From: a virus
Lineage: Duplodnaviria > Caudoviricetes
Length of the DNA stretch: 64,000 nt
Reading direction: 5' to 3' (one strand)
IMG/VR virus record: IMGVR_UViG_3300037361_000044
Location: 64,001 to 128,000 of that record
Shown: positions 17,655 through 26,800 of the stretch, one piece after another
Layout of the letters: each line of letters opens with the position of its first letter
Position numbering within the stretch: position 1 is the first letter of the stretch
Notes under the pieces: model-generated
What the model was told of the DNA's origin: nothing
Seen by the model: only the letters and a program-made list of their open reading frames with translations
Databases searched by the model: none
Made by a program: the position numbers and the translations under genes

Positions 17655-18346
17655 TGCGCAAGAATCTACTGGTTGTGCGCGCGGGCGAGCCCTCTATGCA
17701 TCCTGAGTGGGATGACGGCTCGCCTCGAAACTTTGATTTGATGGTGTCCTACTACCACCCAACAATAGAGCCCTTCGAGGACGACTCCGAGTATCAGCAT
17801 CGCTGCGAAGGGCCTCCGTGGAAAGGCAACGCAGACGTCTGTAAGAAGCACGCAGAGCTGTTGACCTCTTACGACTTCGTTGCATTTGCCGATGATGACA
17901 TCTTGACCACGTACACAGACATGAGTCGTCTCTTCGACATCTGCTCCTGGTACGGGCTGTCTTTGGCCACTCCTGCCATCACGGTCAACTCCGTCCCAGA
18001 CCTAGAGCCACGCAGTGGTTTGTTGCTGCGGTATATGGATAGGTGCGACCTCATCTGCCCGGTGTTTGGAATGGCTGCTCTGGTGCGCCTCATGAGCACC
18101 TTTTCAGAAAGCCAGTCTGGGTGGGGTCTTCCTCATCTTTGGGCGCACATGTGCGCTCGTCCGTTCTTCACCACAGCGGTGGTGGACGACGTGGTCGTGC
18201 GGCACATGCGTCCCTTCAGCGGGGGCAGACTGCAGGCCGGTGGGGTGAACCCCCTCAAGGAGCAGTACGAAATCTTCACGAAATATGGGCTGAAGCCTGC
18301 GGACCGTCGGTTTTTTGGGGAGGTACCCCTGTTCGCTTCCAGGTAG
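17654..18346 (+). CDS. DUF707-like putative glycosyltransferase
   Basis: NLLVVRAG...RNFDL..SYY, YDFVAFADDDI (DxD-like) and SGWGL; TGATG-coupled to glf. Confidence 0.65.
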   Translation: MRKNLLVVRAGEPSMHPEWDDGSPRNFDLMVSYYHPTIEPFEDDSEYQHRCEGPPWKGNADVCKKHAELLTSYDFVAFADDDILTTYTDMSRLFDICSWYGLSLATPAITVNSVPDLEPRSGLLLRYMDRCDLICPVFGMAALVRLMSTFSESQSGWGLPHLWAHMCARPFFTTAVVDDVVVRHMRPFSGGRLQAGGVNPLKEQYEIFTKYGLKPADRRFFGEVPLFASR

Positions 18347-18366
18347 GTGCGTGCATAATGGGGGAC

Positions 18367-18801
18367 ATGGCTGCCACCGACACCAAGACCGTGCCTGAGA
18401 ACGAGCTTAGCGAAGCCACCTGCGTAGACCGTGGCAAGTGCGCGTGCCACGCAGACCAGGACGCCCTTGGTAGGCAGTTCTCGTCCCATCCCGATCCACA
18501 TGTTCGAATGATCGCGCACATGTCGAATCGGCAGCTGGCACTATCAGAGCAGTTGGGCGACAACACGAAGATGGCGTTCAAGTTAGCGGGGGCAGTACAT
18601 TCGTTACAAGAGAAGGTGGACGTCAATACCACCGAGCTACGCAAAGTGAGTGAAGCGCTGGCGTCTATGGCCGCCGCGATGGAGAAGCTCATTGAGGCAG
18701 TAGGGGCGTTGACCAAACAACACTCCGACCTTGCTGAGCGCACAGAAGACCTAGAAGAAGCTGCTGGCTTGGGCGCAGGTGCAGCCATACCTCCCGCCTG
18801 A
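18367..18801 (+). CDS. Coiled-coil protein
   Basis: Heptad repeats; CATAAT 7 nt before the ATG. Confidence 0.65.
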   Translation: MAATDTKTVPENELSEATCVDRGKCACHADQDALGRQFSSHPDPHVRMIAHMSNRQLALSEQLGDNTKMAFKLAGAVHSLQEKVDVNTTELRKVSEALASMAAAMEKLIEAVGALTKQHSDLAERTEDLEEAAGLGAGAAIPPA

Positions 18802-18867
18802 CCGGGCGGTGGTTTGACCTGTTGAAGTTCCCCGTGCTACTAAGCCGGTTCAGCACAAGGAGGAACT

Positions 18868-19512
18868 TTGCGATTGAGGGTACTATCTGCGGGCCTCTGT
18901 CTCGTGCATTTGGCGTACGGGCAAGAATGCCCTGCGGACATGGTGTTGGCGAGACCAGGCGTATGCGTCGACAGGTATGAGTACTCGAGCATGCCTACCG
19001 ACATAGGCTTGGGTAAGCCATTCTTGGCGGCAAGCGGGATACCAGAGCCTGGTTTTATAGACGGAGTGATCTGGGATGCGACAACATCATGCCGCTTGAG
19101 CGGCAAAAGAACGTGTCATCTCCGTGAGTGGGTAGCCGCTTGTAAGGGCGTCGGCGGTACGAAGTACCCGTACGGGGATCGCTATGATGCATCGGCCTGC
19201 AATACGAACAAGCAATGGAGGTACTTCGACTTCAAGAGGGTGTCCTCCAGGAACTATGATGAGCTAGAGCGCTTAGACCAGAGCGCACCAGTTGGCTCTT
19301 TCCCTCGCTGTGTAAGCGCTGCGGGGGCCTACGACATGGTCGGTAACGCAGAGGAGTGGGTGCGATGCGACTCAGGTAAGTTTGGGTGGTGTTTGGTTGG
19401 TGGCTATTGGGCTCACCCGCAAACCTGCACAGAAGCCATCGTGGTGCACGCCCCCAATTGGCATCTGTACGAGACATCATTTAGGTGCTGCATGGACGTG
19501 GAGATTACATGA
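18868..19512 (+). CDS. Secreted FGE-sulfatase (SUMF1-like, C-lectin fold) protein
   Basis: Signal peptide; CVDRYEY, EWxxAC, YPYG, DMVGNAEEW and FRCC; AGGAGG RBS. Confidence 0.85.
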   Translation: MRLRVLSAGLCLVHLAYGQECPADMVLARPGVCVDRYEYSSMPTDIGLGKPFLAASGIPEPGFIDGVIWDATTSCRLSGKRTCHLREWVAACKGVGGTKYPYGDRYDASACNTNKQWRYFDFKRVSSRNYDELERLDQSAPVGSFPRCVSAAGAYDMVGNAEEWVRCDSGKFGWCLVGGYWAHPQTCTEAIVVHAPNWHLYETSFRCCMDVEIT

Positions 19513-20228
19513 CGACATTGATTCAGGCGATTACGGTACTACTCATGGGTTTCATCATGCGGGAGGCTCCCAACGTACGCGAGGGCAAGCCGATCTACGA
19601 TGAGTTCCAGACGAGCATCGGCACTCTAGTGCCACTGCATGCGCGCATCGCCACGGGTCTGTTGGTGGACCCGCAGTTTGATATCTTGGTGCTGTCGGCT
19701 GTGAACTACAGAGAATCGCGTATGCGACTGCCGGCCCCCGAAGGCGACTGCCGTTGGGGGCACAAGCTCGACCACGTACCGTCTGGATCGTGGCCTGAGG
19801 GGTACAAGCCAAAGTCCATGCGCATCTGCAACGCAGTTGGTCCCATGCAGCTCAATCGAGGAGCGGGGTATCAAACGCTCAGTTGGACGGAGACCAACGA
19901 CATGTTCTCCGTCAAGGGCGTACGCGACCTGCAGGACACGGAAACCAACGTGCAGTTGGCCTACGCCATTCTCACTCACTGGAAGAACGTGTGCCGGGAT
20001 CGAGATGGCAGTGAAGCTCCCATGGGTGTGTGGCTGACGGCGTATCGCCGCGGCAGCTGCCCTACGGTGGGGAAGACTCGCAGGTACTACGTGGACCATG
20101 AGGCCAAGATTCGGTGTAAGATGGCCAACGACATGGCGAAGGACCTGCAGGGGAACGACGGGGTGGCCTATGCCGGCCCCATCGAAGTTCCTTGTACGTA
20201 CGCAGACGAAACCAAGCCTAGAGAATAG
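19509..20228 (+). CDS. Lytic transglycosylase-like protein
   Basis: RES, GPMQL and AY motifs; N-terminal hydrophobic helix. Confidence 0.7.
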   Translation: MTTLIQAITVLLMGFIMREAPNVREGKPIYDEFQTSIGTLVPLHARIATGLLVDPQFDILVLSAVNYRESRMRLPAPEGDCRWGHKLDHVPSGSWPEGYKPKSMRICNAVGPMQLNRGAGYQTLSWTETNDMFSVKGVRDLQDTETNVQLAYAILTHWKNVCRDRDGSEAPMGVWLTAYRRGSCPTVGKTRRYYVDHEAKIRCKMANDMAKDLQGNDGVAYAGPIEVPCTYADETKPRE

Positions 20229-20241
20229 AACGGAGAATCAC

Positions 20242-21366
20242 ATGGTAAGTGCAGCTTCAATTGGTTGGGGATCCTATCAGCAATTTGAAGGTCCTTGGTA
20301 CAAAGGGAAGTGCTCGTATGTACTTCCCGGAAGCCCATCTGAGGATGAGAAGGTCATGGCGGTCATCACGGCGACCGAGGGGGGTAAATTTGACGCCTTC
20401 AACGGCTACGACAGCTGCGGCTGGACGTCAGGCATCATTCAATGGATCGAGAAGGGGCAGTACTCCATCTCGGACATGCTGGGCGCTGTGGCTGAGAATG
20501 ATGCCACCTCTGAAGACGAGTTCCTAAAGACGGTGGATGCCATGGCCGCGTCTTGTGGCTATTCGTTCCGCAAGTGGGTCGGAGGTCGCTACCGGTTCTC
20601 TTCGTCGGCAGGCGTGGTCGACACGTACGACGAGCAGAAGAAGCTCTTTTACGTGCACGGTGACGGGACCAAGGGCACGTGGGATGACGGTACAAAGCTC
20701 TACGCACGGCAGTGGGCGGCGGCTATCTCCACCGTGTGGGAGAACTCCGAGTCGCAGAAGGTCCAGCTCACCTTCACGGCGCAGCGCCTTGGCGGTTTCA
20801 TGCAGGTGTACGCCAAGGGGATCTTCGAATCGATGCCCGATACTGACCTTGCCAGAGGTGTCAGGGCTGCTTACCTGTCCTTCGCCGCCAACAACCCCAC
20901 CTGGGCGAACAAGGCACTGAAGGCAGGTGTGAACAGCACCACGACAACTCCTTGGACTATGGACTGGGCCATCGCTGTCTTGAAGTACCTGACGTTCAAC
21001 CCGCAGGTTGCAATCTACCCCCACAGGTATGACTGCATCAGGCCCGTGCTCGAGAAGGTCTATGGGCTGCAGCTTCCAGACTTCGCGGCGGAGCTCAAGG
21101 CATGGTCAATCAAGACTGGCATCCCCGCGGGGATCGCCACCGTGGACGTGCAGCGTGCGCTTCTCAAGCTCGGCTACGACCTGGGTCCTGCCGAGGATGA
21201 TGGAAAGTACGGCGACAAGACCAGGGCCGCGGTGCTGTCGCTCGAGCAGACGAGTGGCATGGTCCCCAAGGAGGCGCAGGATGGAATGGTGGACGTCTAC
21301 ACCTTCCCAGCTCTATGCGCCGCGCTGGAGGCTAAGGGACTGCCCCTGATGTCCACTGATGGCTGA
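20242..21366 (+). CDS. Endolysin: lysozyme-like domain plus C-terminal PG-binding domain
   Basis: TEGGKFDAFNGYD..SGIIQW; VQRALLKLGY...DGKYGDKTRAAV. Confidence 0.8.
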   Translation: MVSAASIGWGSYQQFEGPWYKGKCSYVLPGSPSEDEKVMAVITATEGGKFDAFNGYDSCGWTSGIIQWIEKGQYSISDMLGAVAENDATSEDEFLKTVDAMAASCGYSFRKWVGGRYRFSSSAGVVDTYDEQKKLFYVHGDGTKGTWDDGTKLYARQWAAAISTVWENSESQKVQLTFTAQRLGGFMQVYAKGIFESMPDTDLARGVRAAYLSFAANNPTWANKALKAGVNSTTTTPWTMDWAIAVLKYLTFNPQVAIYPHRYDCIRPVLEKVYGLQLPDFAAELKAWSIKTGIPAGIATVDVQRALLKLGYDLGPAEDDGKYGDKTRAAVLSLEQTSGMVPKEAQDGMVDVYTFPALCAALEAKGLPLMSTDG

Positions 21367-21423
21367 AAAACAGGCTGACGAAGAAAGTACTTGCCCAAAG
21401 CTCGAGCTGCTGTAGGATTGGCT

Positions 21424-21514
21424 GGCACACGGTTGTTCGTTCTCGGGCTAGTGACGCACTTGTGGTAGGTGGATTGGAGGCTCCCGGCACACCCCGGGGG
21501 CCTCTCCTTTTTTT
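21424..21514 (+). ncRNA. Candidate small RNA
   Basis: TTGCCC-16-TAGGAT promoter, about 90 nt with no complete ORF, 11-bp hairpin plus T7. Confidence 0.45.
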
Positions 21515-21540
21515 AGCCCCTCGGAATGCTAGGATGAGCT

Positions 21541-22197
21541 GTGCCCGTAGACTTCCAGGTCGCGTTCCCGCAAGAGCTCGTGAAGGTCAGCCAAATCACC
21601 AACGTGGCTGGTTTGGCGTTGCGCACCTTGAACATCGTTGGCGATGACTTCCGATCAGTCGACGAGGTTCGGATGAACGAGGTCGTCTCACCCTCGGTGG
21701 TGGTGCTCAGCAAGAACCGACTGTTGGCGGAGGTTCCTGAGTCCTTGCGGGAGTCGACCATAACGTCGGTGGCTGTCCTGAGCAGGCGGCTCATTATCAC
21801 GCCGCGAAGCTTCATTCGATTCCGCATAGGGACGTCTGCTAGCAAGACACGCGGCATTTTGCGCTTGATGCAACTGTTCCTGAAGATCCTGTTCACCACA
21901 CCAGGTACGGACATCTTTGCGCCAAAGATCGGCGGAGGGGCATTGACGCACTTGGGACAAAGCGTAGGCCTTGAGCAGGGGTCAGATGTGACGGCAGGAT
22001 TGGTTGTGAGTGTGGACTCCACTGCTCGGCAGATCGTGCAGATTCAGGGTAGAAATCAATCCATACCCCCTGATGAGCGCCTGCTGTCTGCCAAGGTACT
22101 GTCGGCTGGATTCAACAAGAACGAGACGGCCCTCGTGGCTTCCATCGAGCTGGTATCCATGGCTGGTACGGCTGCTGTTGCACGGCTCGAGGTTTGA
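21541..22197 (+). CDS. Baseplate wedge protein, gp25-like (putative)
   Basis: LKILFTTPGTDIFAPKIGGG pattern; lies before the baseplate genes. Confidence 0.55.
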   Translation: MPVDFQVAFPQELVKVSQITNVAGLALRTLNIVGDDFRSVDEVRMNEVVSPSVVVLSKNRLLAEVPESLRESTITSVAVLSRRLIITPRSFIRFRIGTSASKTRGILRLMQLFLKILFTTPGTDIFAPKIGGGALTHLGQSVGLEQGSDVTAGLVVSVDSTARQIVQIQGRNQSIPPDERLLSAKVLSAGFNKNETALVASIELVSMAGTAAVARLEV

Positions 22198-22233
22198 GGG
22201 GGCTAAAGAAAAGACGGGTGTATTCGTCTTTTC
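22198..22233. terminator. Bidirectional terminator, TAGCC tail on the minus strand
   Basis: GAAAAGACG...CGTCTTTTC between convergent genes. Confidence 0.75.
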
Positions 22234-22317
22234 AGTGAATTGCGTTAGCGGTACTAACGCAAAGGACCCACTCAAGGCATTCCCTTAGGGTCTCAAAATG
22301 ATACCATAGGACTTGTA

Positions 22318-22845
22318 CTAGTTCAGTAGCGCCTTTAGTTCCTTCTGTGCGTGCAGTGCTCTGCCTGCAGAAGAGGCAGCTACGCGTAGCGCAGGCTGCA
22401 CTTGGTCAATGCGCTCTGCAAGTTGCTGGTTTTGCGCCTCCAGTCGGGCAATCGTGGCTTGAAACTCCGCGGTGGACACCGTGTTTTCCAGGGTTGACCT
22501 GATGATCTCGTCTAGTATGGCTTCTTGGAAGTCTACTGCAGTCGGTGAGTTTGATAGGGTGGCAAAGCGGATGGCGTCGCGCAGGGTCACCAGTCGCATG
22601 TCTCCTCTTACGTACTTTACGCCGAAGGCGTCTTTGTGGTCCTTTAGAAACTGAATTGCGTGTCTATCTGCAACGCTAACGGTGTCGAAACGGTGTTGGT
22701 AGCGTGAGTGGATCAGACGGAGGGCATTGTCTGTGGTACCAAGCGCCACCGCTACAACGTGTCTTGTGGTCAATCTTTCGCCGTTGGCCGTTTTGAGCAT
22801 GGGCAGCGATGGGCCGTTTGGTATGTGCACTATAACTTTCTGCAT
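22318..22845 (-). CDS. ORF6N/antirepressor-like DNA-binding protein
   Basis: TTRHVVAVALG...IHSRY..RF N-domain plus coiled coil. Confidence 0.6.
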   Translation of the reverse strand: MQKVIVHIPNGPSLPMLKTANGERLTTRHVVAVALGTTDNALRLIHSRYQHRFDTVSVADRHAIQFLKDHKDAFGVKYVRGDMRLVTLRDAIRFATLSNSPTAVDFQEAILDEIIRSTLENTVSTAEFQATIARLEAQNQQLAERIDQVQPALRVAASSAGRALHAQKELKALLN

Positions 22846-22913
22846 CTGTACTTTCTGGTAGGACGGGCTGGTGTCCTCATAGTCCTTATTCCCTGTTCTA
22901 TTGTGGATTACAT

Positions 22914-22950
22914 GGCTAAGAAAGAAGCCAACTTGGTAGTTGGTTCTTTC
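22914..22950 (-). terminator. Intrinsic terminator with TAGCC tail
   Basis: CCAACT-ACCA-AGTTGG then CTTCTTTC-TTAGCC. Confidence 0.7.
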
Positions 22951-22956
22951 CCCACA

Positions 22957-23709
22957 CTACGCGCAGTACGTAGCGTAGTAGTCGTTGCAGCCCTCCTCTG
23001 TAGGGCCCAGGAAGTTGGGATCGAGTGGCACCCCATCACTCCCTATCCTGCGGCAGAACACCTCACTGTTGGAGTTTCTGCACATTAGCGTAGACCCGTC
23101 AACTGCCGCGTGGCAGCTGCTCGTTGAGGCCAACCACAAGTCTCTGCAAGTAACGGAACCCCAGACAAAGGTGGAGCCACCAGTGCCTGAGCTACCACCA
23201 GCCGTGCTTGTGCCGCCTGCGGCAGTGGTGCCACCGGTGCTCTGCGCACCGCCAGTAGCCGTGGTTTGCACCGAGGTGCTCCCACCTGTTGCCACCACGC
23301 TGGTCGTAGTTACGACTGTGGTGCCGCCAGCGCTTGTAGTGGTTGAGGTCTTTCCGCCTGTGGCAGTACTTCCGCCGGTACTGGTTGTGGTCGTCCCTCC
23401 TCTGGAGGAAGTGCCACCCGTTGCTGTGGTGCCTCCTGTTGAGGTAGCCCCGCCCGTTGCCGTAGTCGTGCTCGGCGCTGCGCCGCCGGTCGAGGTAGTG
23501 GCTTTCAACGTAGATCCGCCGACTCCTGTGACTTTGCTACTTGATCCACCGGTGGCTACGGTTGAAGCCCCTCCGGGGCTTGTACTGGTAACCTCTGCGG
23601 GCTGCCCAGCCGCCGCCGCCGCGTCAGTGGTACTCTCGAAGGAGCCGACGTCATCGCTACAGGCAGACACTAGAAAAGACATTACAAGCAGGTAGTTCAT
23701 GGTTTTCAT
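22957..23709 (-). CDS. Thr/Gly-repeat lipoprotein with Cys-rich tip
   Basis: Lipobox LVSAC; many (A/S)TGG repeats; six-Cys C-terminal domain. Confidence 0.8.
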   Translation of the reverse strand: MKTMNYLLVMSFLVSACSDDVGSFESTTDAAAAAGQPAEVTSTSPGGASTVATGGSSSKVTGVGGSTLKATTSTGGAAPSTTTATGGATSTGGTTATGGTSSRGGTTTTSTGGSTATGGKTSTTTSAGGTTVVTTTSVVATGGSTSVQTTATGGAQSTGGTTAAGGTSTAGGSSGTGGSTFVWGSVTCRDLWLASTSSCHAAVDGSTLMCRNSNSEVFCRRIGSDGVPLDPNFLGPTEEGCNDYYATYCA

Positions 23710-23859
23710 GGCACGGCCTTTCTTCGGGTTGGTTGTTCCCTCTACCTATCTTATTCCCGATTTTGCTTACGGATTGCCCTAAACCTGCAGCAAAGCCAGG
23801 TAAGCCAGCGTCTTCTTTCAACTACTTTCCTGTTGTTCCAGCGTGCTATGCTGGCCTCC

Positions 23860-26800
23860 ATGGCTACTTTCGACCTTCAGGTGTACATTCAGGAGCGGTT
23901 GCGGTCCTTTGACGAGAGCATGGATGTAGCCGCCGGCTCTCCCGTAGACATTCAGGTGATTCAGCCGTTGCTGCGCAGGCTCGGTACCGACCCGTTCACC
24001 GTGGACCTCGCCGTGTTTCTCAGCGACCGCCTGAAGCAGGCGTTTCCGGAGATGGCTACGGACGAAGGCGATGCCATCACTGACTTGCTCATCAAGCCGG
24101 CGCTACTGCTGTGGGATCCTATTGTGCGCGAGATTTTCCGTGTCCGAAGCTGCCAGAGCTTCAAGGACCCTCAGTCTCTCACCACCGACGAGGCCGACGC
24201 GCTGGGTGCCAACTTGTTCAGTGACCGCGAGCGTGGAGACTTTTCCCGCGGGGTGGGTAGGTTGTATTACGCGCAGCCGCGGCAGGTTTCTGTTACCCCC
24301 GTCAACTTCTTCACGTCCCGAAGTGGGCTGCACTTCTTCCCCGACGGGCAGCAGAACATCACGGTCAATGAGATGCTGCTCAACATCTCGGGTAGCCTGT
24401 ACTACTTCGATGTGAATCTCATCGCAGAAGCAGCCGGCACTGCCTACAACATAGAGGCCAACGAGCTCATCAACGTAGCCAACATGGAGGGTACAGTGCA
24501 GGTGAAGAACCTGCGGCGCTTCAGGTCAGGGCAGAAGGAAGAGACCGCTGTTGAGTACATCGACCGCGCGCAACAGGAGCTTACCGAGAGGTCCATGGTC
24601 ACCTTACGTGGCCTAGGCGCGCGCATCCCGAAGGCGTTCCCAGAGGTCACGCGATTGGCCGCCGTGGGCTTTGGCGATCCGGAGATGCAGAGGGACGTCC
24701 TCACTGGCGGCGGGCTTGGTCCCATTGTAGGTGCTGGCTTTGCCGGCTCTACTGTCGTGGATCTGGAGAGAAAGCCGCTCACTCGACGGATGCAGCTGCT
24801 GGACTCTGGGGTGGACTTGTACTCGCTGCTCGATACCGACGCCCTCAGCAGTTACGTCCTTACGGTCTTTGAGGCGTTCTCCTCCTCGCCTTCTGTGCGG
24901 GACTTGACCGTCCAGAGCATTGTAGACAGCACAACCATCGAGGTAGCTGAGCAAGTACTTACCCCCTTCGGTATCGGGAAGTCGTGGATGCTTCGGAAAA
25001 AGGAGCTCACGCTGAGTGGAATTCCAGGTGGCATCTTGTTCCCTGACAGCGCAGCAGGGACCGTGGCTATCCCTGAGGGGGAAGTACATGTGGGAGGACA
25101 TTATGATGTCTCTGTCCGAGGTAGCGACTTCGATACCGCTACCCTGGTGTTGGAGAACGTGAGTGACGCCAGTCCTGCCGCCAGCGGTAGTCTTTTGGCG
25201 TTTTCCTCCGTGGCCGTGGCAACGCTCGCAGACCTGGTACTGGGCATAAACTACGCGGTAGGTGATGCCACCTACGTGGCGCTATCTGAAGCCAAGCAGT
25301 TCGGATTCACTCTGCAGGTGTTGACTGGAGTGAACGCAGGGAACTACCGAGTCATCGATGTGGCGCAGGCGAACGGCACGTCGCCACAGCTGACGCTAGA
25401 CACCAGCACGCCGATACTACCAGGCACCTACAAGTGGCGGCTCGTGGACATTATTGACGTGGACCTCGTGGAGCCGAAGGACACGCGCGTGTCCGGCGGT
25501 GACCTGCAGTCCGTGCAGAACCAGGATGTTCTGTCTACCGCCAGCAGCACAGATCTCATGGCGCTTGGCGTGAGCGTGGAGGATACCCTACGCATCGAAA
25601 GTGGGGCCGATGCCGATGACTATACAGTGAAGGCGCTGCCCGCGTTCAATGCGGTGCAGGTTGATCGCACCATGAAGGCTACCTCTGGCAACCTGAAGTA
25701 CACCATCTTCAAGCCCAATGCCGCAGGTGGTGTGCAGCGTCCCTTCGTGCGAGTTACGAAGCTCGAGTTGCTGGATACGTCGGGGCAGCCTGTGGGCTCG
25801 GTGGTTCCCTACGCGCACCCCGTGGACATCCAGAGCCGGTCCTTTGAGAACCCAGGACGTGGCGTGAAGAAGGACTTGCTAGATGGAAGATTGGGCATAC
25901 TCACCAGCAAGATGCCAACTGGAGGCTTCCCCGTTGGAGGCCAGACGTTAGTATTTCACTTCTTCGCGTCGGATCTGACTACACCCGCTTACTCGGACAT
26001 GACTGTGACGTTCTCGGCTGGGGACAAGAACTATGCGCAGGTGGTGACTGAGGTGAATGCCGTGGCCGCATTCCACATAGGGGCGACGGCGGTCATGGCT
26101 GTGTCTGTGTTCGACGGTGACGCGTACAGGGTTGGAATAGTGCCGGTGGCTCCGTTGGTTACGGTGTCTGGAGGCACCTCCATGACTGGTCTGTTCGGCA
26201 GCACAGCTGAGAGGTCCACGCGGGACATCTGCAGTGATTCTTTGCCGTCAGTAGGCTGGTTATCCGTCACGCCCAGCATTGACCAGGATGACCTTGATGC
26301 GGTGCAGGTGCTCGATGGTACGCAGATTGGAAGCTATGGCTCACTGCGCGTGGAACTCACTGCTCCGTCTTTGTTGGTGGCCGGGTCTACCTCGTACTCC
26401 ACCGATCCACCGGCGTTTGCCCCCGAGGTTGGCCGGCACATTCAGGTTGGTGCTCGCTCCATTGGCAGCGTGCGTTGCTTCTTCCTGGAGCCCACCAGCA
26501 TCGAGTTTGGTAGGCTCGCATTCTTCACGGCCACCTTGGCCGATGGCGCCGTGGTGCGATTCCGCCCAGATCCGACACTGGACTTCGTCAAGTTGCCAGC
26601 GTACCCGGCAACCGCACTGATCAAGGATGGCTCCAGTACGGCTGGCCTCAAGACCTTCACGTCAGCGTCGCAGAACTACGTGCTGAGTAGTGTGGTGGAG
26701 GGAGACCTGCTGGACATCCTCTACATCCCGATCATAGGCGCTGTAGCGCTTGGAAGCTCCACGGTTACCTCGGTGGCTGTGGCGAACAAGCAGCTTGTCT

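Noticed and set aside
18868-19512. Diversity-generating retroelement target (FGE/C-lectin fold, plus Mtd-N-like modules elsewhere)
   Set aside because: No reverse transcriptase and no template/variable repeat pair seen in the window
21424-21514. tRNA
   Set aside because: No cloverleaf or correctly placed T-loop; kept only as an sRNA candidate
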